Source of the DNA: Isurus oxyrinchus
Taxonomy: Eukaryota
NCBI GenBank assembly: GCA_026770705.1
Contig: JANJGN010000001.1
Location: 122,264,001 to 122,328,000 of the forward strand
Direction: 5' to 3'
DNA length: 64,000 bases
Position numbers and translations under genes: made by a program. The stretch's first letter is position 1; each line of letters opens with the position of its first letter. This document shows, piece by piece, positions 12,610 through 24,721 of the stretch. The notes under the pieces were generated by a model. That model saw nothing but the letters and a program-made list of their open reading frames with translations, was not told the origin of the DNA and searched no databases.

Positions 12610-14916
12610 CTCATTGGATTTTACTTTTGAGTCTTTATTTAGGTGTAAAGTAATTCCACAATGAAACAAAATCAGTTACTCTGGTGTACATGAAATCAGA
12701 GAACAATACAACCACTTTAAGCAAAAATTAGAAAAAGGCTAACAACTGAGAAATGGGGAACTCAGGTTTCAGTGCTATGGTATACACTATTCTACAGTGA
12801 GTTCTACGTTCTCTTTTCAACCTGCTTGCAATAGATGACAAATAAAACTCCCCTTCCCTGCAATTTCTCAATAAACCACTCAGTTGAAAACCTGACCATA
12901 AGAAACTTGAAATCACATTTCTCAAACTATCCCAATTGAATGCTGCTTTTTTGTTTTTTGAATCTTGTAAATATGGAAACTAGTACAGGTGACATGTGTA
13001 AACATTTCATTATTCCCTAACCCACTTCTCAAGCCTTTTCTTCTTTCCCAAGATGATACAACATTATATTTCTCTTTTTGTCAGGCTCATGCATCACCTG
13101 ACTTGAAGTCCTCCCTCATCTGTATAAGCAGCTCTAAAAAGAAATCATAACTTAAGCAAATATGATTTAGAGAAGGCTTTCAATCCTCTGTTCTGGTTAA
13201 CATCCATAGCCATTTAAAAAAATTCTATAACCCTACTTAAAATAATGGTTATGAATTTCTTAAAGCTGTATCATTTGTTTTTGCTAGTTTACATAAGCTT
13301 CGTTTCAAATAAAATATCCAATCAAAAATTAGTCTACAGAAAGGGCCCTGATAAATGTTTTGTAAGATTTAAAATGTTAATGCTTAAAACTGCTGACTGT
13401 TTCACTGCACAGAGCATAATAGCCATCTCTGACAAACTTATGTGCAAACTATTATTCCATATTTTACATCTGGCTTATACATGCCAACAAAAAAAATAAT
13501 GTTGCAGCTTAGAACAGTTCTGGATGCTGAATTTATCCCAAAGCTAATTCAACTCAATCCTTCTACTTTCTTATTATAATATCAATTATCACCATGATAA
13601 GTTCTGTGGTTACTCTGTTCCTAATATAAATTCAAGTTCAAGAAAACTTAACTTGAATTTTTGATTTCTGTCGTAACCAGCGATTACCGTCATGGGATCC
13701 AGGTTGCCAGTCATGAAGTTGAAAGCACTCATGACTAGTTGCACCTGGTGACTAGAATATTGTTCCCCTTGGCTTTTCATTTTGCAGATTCAAAGCACAT
13801 GGGTGTGAAAAATATTCAATTACATTATGATGTCAAAGAGATGTTTATGACACCAGTGTTACAAAATAAGGAAAATAAAACCTCAAAGCAAGCCACATGA
13901 AGCAACAATCACTACTGCAGTCACACATGTAAATGAGATTCTTAAGTTTTAAGTCTACACTTGGTTCTTGTAGTCAGCACAAGTAAATGCCAGAATGGTT
14001 CCTCACACCCCTCCAAAACACAAAACGAATTCTGCTAAGATCTACAAAATCACAGCCACAACATGGACTAACTGCATTGGCTCAGGATTTCTCACACAAT
14101 GAGAATGCACGGTTTTACCACCCTCCTGTTTAATACTGATGCCTAAGCTCTAAGTAAAATTAGTCTCATTCTGTTTGATCAACCCAAACCTTTACACTGA
14201 AACCTTTGCACAACTTTGTAAAATCCTGGGCTTTCACAGTTAGTAGTTCACAAGCCATACTCACTAAACTTCTCAATTTTATGCAAACGCATTTAGAATC
14301 ATTCAGGAAAAAAAGTATTTATACTTATTCTGGCTCTAAAGCACAATCTTGTCATTCCTACTTTGAAGTGAGATAACAGGTTTCAATTAGATGATTTAAG
14401 TCTATTCATCCATGCTGTTCTCCTGCATTCAGAAAGGCACTGATCTAGTTATGTGAAAAGTTTAGCTTGAAGTATTTATCTCCCAGTTCTTTAACAAAGC
14501 ATTATACTGTGCCATATGCTAAGAGCCTCTGAATAGCAGAAGTTGTAGTAGACATAGTAGTCCTAGTGACAGTGGTAGTCCTACAGTAGTAATGAAAGCG
14601 GTAGTAATTAATCAGCAAAATAAGCATTGATGCTAGTAAGATAGGCACATGCACAATCATTCTTTGACAAACACAACCTATACTAGTTGAAAAAGCCAAG
14701 GTTTCAATAAACTATCTTAATTAGTTTTTCTGTCATGGTATTGCATTCAATGCCTAACAGTGAAACCTACAAGAAGAGAAAGATAAATACCTATCTAAAG
14801 CAGTTAAATGAAAAGAAAACTAAAGTATTTTTTAAAAGAGCAATAAGTTCTCAACAAGAGAGTTGTGAACTTATTAAAAGGGTCGTTGCTTTCAAGCTGG
14901 AAACAGCTGCGCAGAA
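12610..14916 (-). other. KIAA0232: Putative KIAA0232 3'UTR (about 2.3 kb)
   Basis: Follows the stop codon. No recognisable transposon fragments, unlike the flanks. Ends at a candidate poly(A) signal. Confidence 0.6.
12634..12639 (-). terminator. Candidate polyadenylation signal AATAAA
   Basis: tttatt on the + strand. On the minus strand it is followed by a CA about 17-19 nt downstream and a U-rich tract (12592-12599). Confidence 0.5.
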
Positions 14917-15099
14917 TTAAAGATGTGTGCGAGAAAAAAGCTCTTCATCTGGAGGGTCATCCCAGTCACTTCCGCCTTCTGAAGCAGTTTCATCTGAGCT
15001 TGAACAGTCACTGGAGAAAAGCTTCCTGCGGATGACAGCTGACCTCCCTCTAGCGTCATGCTCTACTCTGCAGTTCACCTCACAGGCTGCTGTAGTCTG
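14917..15099 (-). CDS. KIAA0232: KIAA0232 last coding exon, QTTAACEV...SSSDETASEGGSDWDDPPDEELFSRTHL*
   Basis: C-terminus EELFSRTHL-TAA is the same as the remembered human C-terminus. Acceptor ttttcctatctcag (CAGCAG tandem). Confidence 0.95.
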   Translation of the reverse strand, partial: QTTAACEVNCRVEHDARGRSAVIRRKLFSSDCSSSDETASEGGSDWDDPPDEELFSRTHL

Positions 15100-15297
15100 C
15101 TGAGATAGGAAAATATAACTTTAAAATTTTCACTATTTAAAGCTATGCAATTCATATTTTTCTTTCCTGAATCACTTATTGAAATTAAAATAACTTTCCC
15201 TTCCATTAGATTTAGAAATAATAAAAATGCGATCATTTTATTCCAGGTTTGATGGATCATTCCTGTTCTGGTTGCATTCACGACAGCTACTCTTAAT

Positions 15298-15818
15298 GAC
15301 CCAGACTTTGCAGTCAATGGTGAAGTGGCAGCACTTGCCACTGATCTTGAAGAAAGCTGCCCACAAAGATCTAGCCATGAATTTCACCTTCCCCAAGGTT
15401 AATTTGATTCTGGCGCTAACTAAAGGGGATCCCAGAATCCAGCAACCATAATGTCATCAAGCAAGCTCAGCAGCCATTGAAGAATTCATACAGATGCCAA
15501 ACCAGAGATCATTCAGCGGCAATTACGACTTTTAGTTGGCTGTTAGAAACCCAGTTACGCCTCATTCAACAATACACTGGAGTTTTTTCCAGCAAGATCA
15601 GAGTACAATAAATGGAAGTTCATGTCAATTCAGTGATTTCTGAAGATTTCCACCTGCGAGGACTTCAACAGCATACTCCACGGAGAAGCAGAATCGTTGA
15701 AAGCAACTTCTGGCTTTCCATGTTTAACTCTGCATATGCAGGTGCCAGAAGTTGCTGTTTGTTTCACAGTTGTAATGAATACTGACAATTTTACTGCCAT
15801 TACTACAGAATCTGGATC
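15298..15818. mobile_element. Harbinger-type MITE, family B
   Basis: TIR gacccagactttgcagtcaatgg vs reverse complement gatccagattctgtagtaatgg. TSD AAT/AAT. Internal inverted repeat gcaacttctggc/gccagaagttgc. Confidence 0.7.
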
Positions 15819-17182
15819 AATATTTAACATTTGAATGAAAACATAGCTTGCATTGAATAATGGTTTCTGAGCAAAAGATAAAATGTAAATCCTCTAGCTC
15901 AGCTATATTTATGCAGATATGCAGCGTGCTTGAAGTTTCTGGATTGTCACAATATAAGACTGTTGAAACTCTAAACAAAAGGCAGATGATTTGATTTTTA
16001 AATTGTATGTTTTGAAACACCTTTTTAGTCAGACTTCTTGTTAATGCTTACTTATAGTATGTTATGTTTATCATAGGTTAAAATACTAACAAAGTTACCC
16101 AATTTCAAGTTCTATATTTAATTTTATTTGGCAGCTGAGGGGGTGGAATGCAGGGATTAGAAAATATTTCCTCTTCTGGCAAACCAAAGCTCCAAACATT
16201 CCCATTTAGTATGGGCCTGAGATAGGATAATGTTCCCCCTACTCTACACAAGTAGTGTACATTAATCTTAGAAAAGGATTCCTCACTGCCAAAGTTATAC
16301 TACCCTTTCCATGTTCATTATTCTTCTGGTCTCTCTTTCACTACCTCCCCTGCAATTCTGCTAATTTAGGATAAGTTTTGCAGCCACTGGGAATAGGTTT
16401 AGACTAGCCAAGCTCACTTTAAATAGGATCCTTATAATAAGTAGAGAAGGCAGACCTTCATCCCATCTGCCTCAGCTGGATTCAAACCTAGCCCTGAGCT
16501 TAAAAAACAATGCACTAACCCACTTCATTACCTTCAGTTATTCTCTTAATTACATTAGAAGGATAATTTAACATTTATAAAAGGTCTGCAACAGTATCTC
16601 ATTGAACGGAATTCTCTTTTTCTACATTTTCAACAGAATGTGTCAGATGTGTGAGCAACATTTCAAAATCCAAAGCTTAATTTATAGTGTACCATTTTAA
16701 TTGTTCTATCTTTCTTTATAGCAATGAAAATAGAGCAAGCATGCTTCATTTATGTATTGTGTGAGGGGAAGTGTTAATGTTTATTTGGATATGATGGGTG
16801 TTAATGAATTTTGTGCACAGGCTTTAGGCCTAATGTGCTTGGGGTAGTAAAAGTAGGGACAGCATGCACAACTGTCTTAAAATAATGGTTAAACAGAATA
16901 TATGCTTTTAGCAGATGCAAGTCTAGATTAAGAAACGGATGTCATTGCACAACCATAAATGTGAATTCTACTCAGACCTCATCTATGCAAAATTTCAGTA
17001 ATGCAATAGGTCTTGTACTTCTCTCTGAAGTTAACTGTACCGGATACTGAACATTCAGTTCTCAAGAAAAACAGTTTAAAATAAACACTGTAACTGTCAT
17101 TTCATGTTAAGGGATTTATGTTTCAATGTAAAATTGAAACATTTATCTTTGGAAACAGATCTTTAACACTTAGTTAACTTAC

Positions 17183-17277
17183 CAGGTCTAACTGGAGAAG
17201 ACAATCGCCATTGTGTGAATGTCCCCTTAAAATTGGACACTCAGTTCCATCCTTTTCCTTGGCATCAGTGTAGCATT
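17183..17277 (-). CDS. KIAA0232: KIAA0232 coding exon, 95 nt, ECYTDAKEKDGTECPILRGHSHNGDCLLQLDL
   Basis: Poly-T plus ag acceptor, donor GTAAGT, phase 1/0. ECYTDAK matches remembered human ECYTNAK. Confidence 0.9.
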
Positions 17278-18779
17278 CTAAAAAAAACCATTATTAAACA
17301 GGAGTAACTTCTTAGCTGTTCTTAAAAAAACATATTGCCTTAGATTTATAACAAAATCAAGAAATTGAATAATATTTTTAATTTGAACTTGTATCGATAA
17401 ACAGAAATCAAGCATGAGTTGGGATGCATGATGTAATGTAAAAATGTAGAATTAAATATTTAAAAATTGCTTTATATGAATTAAGTGCTTTACCAGTGAC
17501 TGTTTAATTGGTGGAACAGAATTTTGCTTTTGGCTAGAAAGGCAGGGTTACACTTAAAAGTCATGCAACCATAATTCCTCCCACCTATTATCAGAGATTG
17601 AAATCTGGCTGCATTGCTACAAACCAAGTGTTGCAACATATCCACGATTTCAGCAAAATGCAAATAGCTTTTACACACCTATCAAAGCTATAAAGTGCCA
17701 TTCCATATATAGATGAATGACAGCTGAGTCATCTAGCAGGTACGTAAAGAGACCCAGATTGCAAAAATAAGTGCAGATCAAGGAAGCCATTCTGCTCATC
17801 CAGCTCTGCTTTCCATAGAATCTTACGACATCCTAACACAACACTGAACTTGCTTCTTGAATGATGCCCGAGTTTTTGCCTCCACTAACCACTACTAAGG
17901 CCAATCCACATAGCAATTAATCGGTCTTGACATTAGCCCTGAAAGTGCCCTTCATAAGTTTGTACCTTGTCCTAGTGCTGTGGTTTAATTTTAAGAAATG
18001 CATTACATTCACATTTTCTACATTATGTACCTCTACATGGTCCCATCCCAATCACCTTCTTTTGGAAGTGTGTTTTCCTAACATTTCTTTATAACCCAGT
18101 CTCTAATACGAAGATCAGACCTGTGATCCTTTTCTGCACTGTTTCCAAGGCTTCAATATTTCCCTTTTGCCTTAATAACAAACTGAATACAACACTCAAA
18201 TTGTGCCTGACCAGACTGCTCTTTGATACTTATTTTGCTTACGAGTGTAAGTAGATTCAGTATGTTTGAGTGAATTTTGCTCTGACAAGTAAACATAGTT
18301 TGCCCACATAGTTCATTTCTGTGCAAGCTTGCAACTTCTGCAGTTGGATGATAGGAAGGAAAACGTAAATTTCTGTTCCATGAAAGCAAAAAGGCATTGT
18401 GTGTCAACTTTTATTTAAAGTGCTTGACTAAATGGAATGTCCCCTTAATTTCTCCAGTTGCTGGCTATCATGTTCCACATGCTCATGTTCTAGAGATAGG
18501 GGGCTCCCCCGCATCACCCCTACATGATCTATTTCAGCTTACCGAAGCAGCAAACTTTTCTCATTCTGTTGTTGCATAGAATAGCGCCAACTACAATGAT
18601 TTTTGATAACTGTTGCTGGGGTCTATTGCAGGGCTGAACCAGAATTAATCAGATACCTAACACAAAACTTCAAAATGCCTACCCAATGCCCACGGACAGC
18701 TTAACAATTGGCAATAAATGCTTGACTTGCCAGCAGTACCCACATCCCCAAAACCAAACAAAAACTGACCTATCATACT

Positions 18780-19330
18780 TTTTATAGTCTATATCTGATA
18801 TGCCCCTCAGCCTGTATAAGCTTTACTGGAGTCAGAAGCCATGACTGTTGTGGATAGACCCAATTACCAATCAACCATTCTGAAACATGGCACTGCATCA
18901 TATCTCGTAAGGTGGAAAATTGCATGATGAAAGGGTCATAACAGCTTCCTGGATAGCAGCCATTCACATGCAAAATAAGGTGGTTGCATTACACATTAAC
19001 TACACATGAATGGAAAGTAAGTCTTTGCTGATGAAATGAGGGGGTTCTACCTCCTTGCACCTGTGGAACCCGACTAATCATTAGAATTGGATAGCTTTAG
19101 TTTTCTATTTCTCTGGTTCTGCGTGTGCAACCTATCTCAAGAGAGCACCTTTCTGCAGTTGTAAGCTGCAGCATGACTAATACAGTAAAAGTTACCAGAT
19201 GCTGTCTGGAAGGATTAATGTTATTCCCCAGGGGGAAGTGAGCTGTCAGTCTTCAGCCAGCAGTTGACATATCTTCCAAGAGGCTGGAGCTTGGGGAGTG
19301 AGGAGCTAGACCTCTGTGGTGCCTTGCTAT
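18780..19330 (-). pseudogene. PIF/Harbinger (HARBI1-like) DDE transposase relic
   Basis: ORF 18782..18973 (YPGSCYDPFI...WLIGNWVYPQQSWLLTP) resembles the Harbinger motif PGS.HD..I...WLLGD.GYPL..WLMTP. Catalytic residues are eroded. Confidence 0.7.
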
Positions 19331-19359
19331 AGGAGTCTCTAGCCTCATTTAGAAACATA

Positions 19360-19984
19360 GGGAAGAATCCTGGGGGGGGCGGGGGGTGTTCAGGAGTTCA
19401 GGAGCGGGCACATGTGAACGCGTCTCCAAGCCATTATTTTATGTGGGCAGGCCAATTAAGGCCCGCCCAGCGTGATGTCCACCAGGAAGCGCTATGCACT
19501 CCCTGTGCGGGCGGTGGGGGAAATTCCCTAAGCCGAGAGTGCGCTTTTTTACTCAGTGCTGCCTCAGGGAGATCGGCACCAAATTCAAAAACGTGAAATA
19601 GAAAAATAAAATTTCCCTGACATGTCCCCTCATGTGACAATATCACATGAGTTGGGGCATGTCCATCACTTTTAATTAAACTTTTATTAAATTTTTAAAA
19701 ACCTGCATGAAACCTCATCCCGCCCGTGGATGAGATTTCATGCTTTTTCTGAAACCTGCCAGGGCTCCTGGCCTGCCCGCCAACCTTAAGGTTGGATGGG
19801 CAGGACCTTTAACTACTTCAATTAGTTTTTAAATGGCCTCAATTGGCTGTTGACAGATTGACGGGCGCACAGCTGATTCTACCTGAAAATTGAAATGACG
19901 CAGGGTGATGTTGGGAGTTCCGCCCGACATCATCCCACGTCAACGAGGGGGTCCCGCCCCCCCACCGAACTCAATATCCTGCCC
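19360..19984. mobile_element. PIF/Harbinger-type MITE, family A, inserted in a CR1 tail
   Basis: TIR gggaagaat / atcctgccc, TSD ATA/ATA. Removing it restores the tagaaacatagaaaaataga LINE tail. Confidence 0.85.
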
Positions 19985-19987
19985 ATA

Positions 19988-21635
19988 GAAAAATAGAACG
20001 GGTAAGTCATTCAGCCCTTCGAGCCTGCTCCACCATTCAATACGATCATGGCTGATCCTCTATCTCAACGCCATACTCCCACTCACTCCAGAGTCTAGAA
20101 ATCTATTTCCTTCTTGAATATATTCAGTGACTTGGCTTCCACAGCCCTCTGTGGTAGACAATTCTACAGGTTCACCAACCCGACTGAAGAAATTTCCCCT
20201 CATCTCAGTCCTAAGTGGCCTACCCCATATCCCAAGGATTGTGACTCCTTGTTTGAGATACCCCAGCCAGAGGAAATATCATCCCTGCATTCAGTTTGTC
20301 CTGCCTAGTCAGAATTTTATACATTTCAATAAGATCCCCTCTCATTCTTCTAAATTCCAGTGAATACAGGCCTAGTCGGCCCAATCTCTCCTCATACAAC
20401 ATTCTTGCCATCTGAGTAATCAGTCTGAACCTTTGCTGCACTCCCTCTAAGGCAAGTACATGCTTTCTTAGGTAAGGAGACCAAAACTGCACACAACACT
20501 CCAGGTGTGATCTCACCAAGGCCCTGTACAGCTGCAGTAAGACATCCTTGCACCTGCACTCAAATCCTCTCGCAATGAAGGCCAACATACTATTTGCCTT
20601 CTTAACTGCTTGCTGCACCTGCATGCTGCACCTGCATGCTTGCTTTCAGTGATTGGTGTACAAGGACACGCATGTCCCTTTGTACATCAACATTTCCCAA
20701 TCTAAATAATTGGGAAATTATTTAAATAATAATTTAAATAATACTCTGCCATTCTTCTTTTCCTAACAAAGTGGATAACTTCACATTTATCCATGTTATG
20801 CTGCAACTGCCAAGTATTTGCCCACTCACTCAACTTGCCTAAATTGCCTTGAAACCTCTTAACATCCTCACCACTCACATTCCCACCTAGTTTTGTGTTG
20901 TCAGCAAACTTGAGGTATATTACATTTGGTTCCCTCATACAAATCATTTATATTGTCAATAGCTGGGTACAAGCACTCATCCCTGCAGTACCCCACTAGT
21001 CACCGCCTGCCATTCTAAAAAAGACCCAATTATTCCTACTCTGCTAAGCAATTCTCAATCCATTCCATTACCTCAATCCCATGTGCTTTAATTTTGCACA
21101 CTAACCTCTTATGTGGAACTTTATCAAAAGCTTTCAGAAAATCCAAATGCAACACACCTACTGTTTCCCCCTTTTCTATTCTGCTAGTTACATCCTCAAA
21201 AAGCTCCAGTACGTTTGTCCTTTTCCTAACTCCATGTTGACTTTGTCTAATCCCATTGATATTTTCTAATTGTCCTATTATCAAATCCTTTATAATAGAT
21301 TCTAGCATTTTCTCTACCACTGATGTTAAGCTAACCGGTCTGTAATTCCGTTTATTCGCCGCCCTTCTTTATTCAAATAGTGGGGTTACATTTGTCACCC
21401 TCCAATCTGCTGGGACTGTTCCAGAATCTACAGAATTTTGGAAGATGCCAACCAATGCATCCACTATTTCCATGGCCACCTTCTTTAGTACCCTAGGCCC
21501 TGAGAATTTATTGGCTTTCGGTCCCATTAATTTCTCCAGCACTGTCTTTTCAGTAATACTAATTTCCTTCAATTTCTCCTTCGCGCTAGACCTTTGGTTC
21601 CCTAGTATTTCTGGGAAATTATTTGTGTCTTCCTC
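19988..21635 (-). mobile_element. CR1 LINE 3' 1.6 kb (frameshifted RT)
   Basis: ORFs 20220-20624, 20702-20947, 21036-21320 and 21369-21572 carry CR1 RT motifs (LDFLKAFDKVPH, KFADNTKLGG, LECCVQFWSP). Confidence 0.92.
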
Positions 21636-22494
21636 TCTGAATCTTGCCCTCCTCCTTCAAATACAGAGGACAGATTGCCATTGCCAATGCCCCCAGTCCA
21701 CAACTGTACTTAATCCACAGATGGCCATAAACAAGATACTAAAAGTATTGACAGAACAGATCATACAGCTTAAATTGATATGCCAACATAAGACGACAAA
21801 CCTTCAACTCCAGCAACCAAAAAGATGGAATAATAGTATAACACAAAGTTGTCTTTCAGCTCATCAGGTCTGTGCAGTTCTTTTGAAGAGCAATAATCTC
21901 CTCAATGTGTTATCCCTCTCAAAGATACCTCTCTCAAAGATACAACCCTGTCGTTCATTCCACCACTTAAGAGCACTGTTAGTATCAGTCAGACTTGAGG
22001 TAGAATTATGGGAAAATAGAATGAAGCTTAACTACACCCATTTAACTTTGAAAGCAGTAGATTTGAGGCAGTGGGAGGTAGCATCCCATTTTACTTATTT
22101 CCCAAAACTGAAATGATATTCCAGCCCACGGTTTCTGGAGTGCACGCTTCAGAGGGTGCACATCCATGGCAAGAAAATAGTGAAGCAAAGAAAATAGTTG
22201 GATGACAACACAGCAGAGGAGGAGAAAACAATACAAGAAAGCCCTATGGGTCTCAGTCCAACATACATACAGTTCCTAACTACTATGATGAGGACCTGAA
22301 TAAAGGCTTGGCAGCACTAATTTAAGAGAAACGGCAAGGCAAAAAATTGACATGAGCCATTAGAACAAAACTTTATAATTAAGCCTCTTTTGCATCCATG
22401 CCTAGGAGTCCTGAATTAAACTGCTTCTATGGAACTGGGAGTGGAAGTTTGAGAAAAGGGAAGCACATCAACTTTGAAGCAGCAGTTTTTTTTT

Positions 22495-23140
22495 CTTCAT
22501 TCACAGGATGTGGGCTTCGCTGGCTGGGCCAGCATTTATTGCCCATCCCTAGTTGCCCTTGAGAAGATAGTGGTGAGCTGCCTTCTTGAACCGCTGCAGT
22601 CCATGTGATGTAGGTACACCCACAGTGCTGTTAGGAAGGGAGTTCCAGGATTTTGACCCAGCAACAGTGAAGAAACGGCGATATATTTCCAAGTCAGGAT
22701 AGTGAGTGACTTGGAGGGGAACTTCTAGGTGGTGGTGTTCCCATCTATCTATTGCCCTTGTCCTTCTAGATGGTAAGTGGTCATGGGTTTGGAAGGTGCT
22801 GTCGAAGCAGCCTTGGTGAATTCCTACAGTGCATCTTGTGGATCGTACACATTGCTCCTACTGTGCATCGGTGGTGGAGGGAGTGAATATTTGTGGATAT
22901 GGTGCCAATCAAGCAATCTGCTTTGTCCTGGATGGTGTCAAGCTTTTTGAGTATTGTTGGAGCTGCAGTCATCCAGGTAAGTGGGGAGTATTCCATCACA
23001 TTCCTGATTTGTGCTTTATAGATGGAGGACAGGCTTTGGGGAGTCAGGAGGTGAGTTACTCGTCGCAGGATTCCTAGACTCTGACCTGCTCTTGTAGCCA
23101 CAGTATTTATATGGCTAGTCCAGTTCAGTTTCTGGTCAAT
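22495..23140 (-). mobile_element. LINE family B 3' fragment
   Basis: ORF 22781..23101 (ATRAGQSLGILRRV...YKAQIRNVMEYSP). Confidence 0.85.
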
Positions 23141-23344
23141 TTTAAGCAGCAGGACAGAATGGAGGGTAAATAATACTTGAAAAAAGAAGGAAAACCAGGT
23201 TTAGATTCCGAGGTCACTGGGTCAAGTACTAGAGATACAAGGAAGATGTGCAGATAGGATTATGTCACCCGAATCAAACTTGTTCTTTCACATTTCAGGC
23301 AAAGTCAGTATTCACTGCTCATCCTGTATTGCAATTCTTATGTA

Positions 23345-24212
23345 ATTCCTCAGATAGTGAAACAGTACGTGTCCACATGCAGCAATGTCTGTACAAAATT
23401 CAAGACTGGGCTGATAAATGGCAAGTAACATTCACTCCATACAATTGCCAGACAATGATCATCTCCAACAAGCAAGAATCTAACCATCACCCCATGACAT
23501 TCGATGGCATTACCATCCCTGAAACCCTCACTATCAACATCCTGGGGGTAAACATTGACCAGAAGCTGAACTGGACTAGCCATATAAATACTGTGGCTAC
23601 AAGAGCCGGGCAGAAACTAGGAATTCTGCGGAAAGTAACTCACCTCCTGACTTCCCAAAGACTGTCCACCACCTACAAGGCACAAGTCAGGAGTGTGATG
23701 GAATACTCTCTATTTGTCTGGATGAGTGCAGCTCTAACAACACTGAAGAAGCTCAACACCATCCAGGACAAAGCAGCCCACTTGATTGGCACCCCATCCA
23801 CCACCTTCAACATTCACTCCCTCCATCATTGACGCACAGTGGCAGCAGTGTGTACCATCTACAAGACGCACTGCAGCAGCTCACCAAGGTTCCTTCGACA
23901 GCACCTTCCAAATCCGCAACTGCTAGCACCTAGAAGGACAAGGGCAGGAGATGCACAGGAACACCACTACCTGCAAGTTCCCGTCCAAGTCACAGACATC
24001 ATCATCCTGACTCAAAAATATATTGCTGCTCCTTCACTATCGCTGGGTCAAAATCCTGGAACTCCCTTCCTAACAGCACTGTGGGTGTTTATACAACACG
24101 TGGACTGCAGCGGTTCAAGAAGGCAACTGATCTCCTTCTCAAACGCAAATTAGGGATGGGCAATAAATGGTGGCCTGTCCAGTAATGCTCACATTGCATG
24201 AATAAATATTAA
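23345..24212 (+). mobile_element. LINE family B 3' fragment, inverted relative to both neighbours
   Basis: ORF 23248..23832 RT C-terminus (WADKWQVTF, ILGVNIDQKLNW, YKAQVRSVMEYS). Confidence 0.88.
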
Positions 24213-24419
24213 AAAGTAGCCACCTTCATGATTCGCTGGATTCCGTGTGATGATGGTATTCCACAGTGCTATCATGTCATGAGTTCCATTATTCTGACCC
24301 AGCAACTATAAAGAATAAAGAATCATCCAATCCCTTATGTCTTGCTGGGTAGTCTGTCTGGTTTTATTCTCATACTTTTATACACTTATACTCAATTCTT
24401 ATATTTTTTCTTGTAGTGG

Positions 24420-24690
24420 AGTAGTTCAGTCAACGTCTTTGCTGTGGGTCAGGCCAGGTAAGGACAACAGGTTTTCTTTCCTCATGGACAGCTGGGTAGG
24501 GTTTTTATGACAATCCAATGGTTTCATAGGTTCTGTAAAGGCGACTATCTTTTTTCTTTCAGACATATTTAAACTAACTGAGTTCAAATTCACCAACTAC
24601 AATGTTGAGATTTGAATTCTCAACTCTGGATTACGAGTCATGGCCTCTGGACAACTAACCCAATAATATAACCAATATGCTACCATAGTG
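24420..24690 (-). mobile_element. Decayed tRNA-derived SINE
   Basis: Similar to 47005-47328; B-box-like remnant on the minus strand. Confidence 0.5.
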
Positions 24691-24721
24691 CTAGATTGGT
24701 ACCAATGTCTTGGCAGTTTTC

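Noticed and set aside
13699-13748. SECIS or IRE interpretation of the 3'UTR hairpin
   Set aside because: Spacing is too short for a SECIS helix II, there is no in-frame UGA in the reconstructed CDS, and no CAGUGN loop.
21445-22116. 223-aa plus-strand ORF
   Set aside because: Starts antisense within a CR1 fragment and runs into unique sequence; no recognisable domain.
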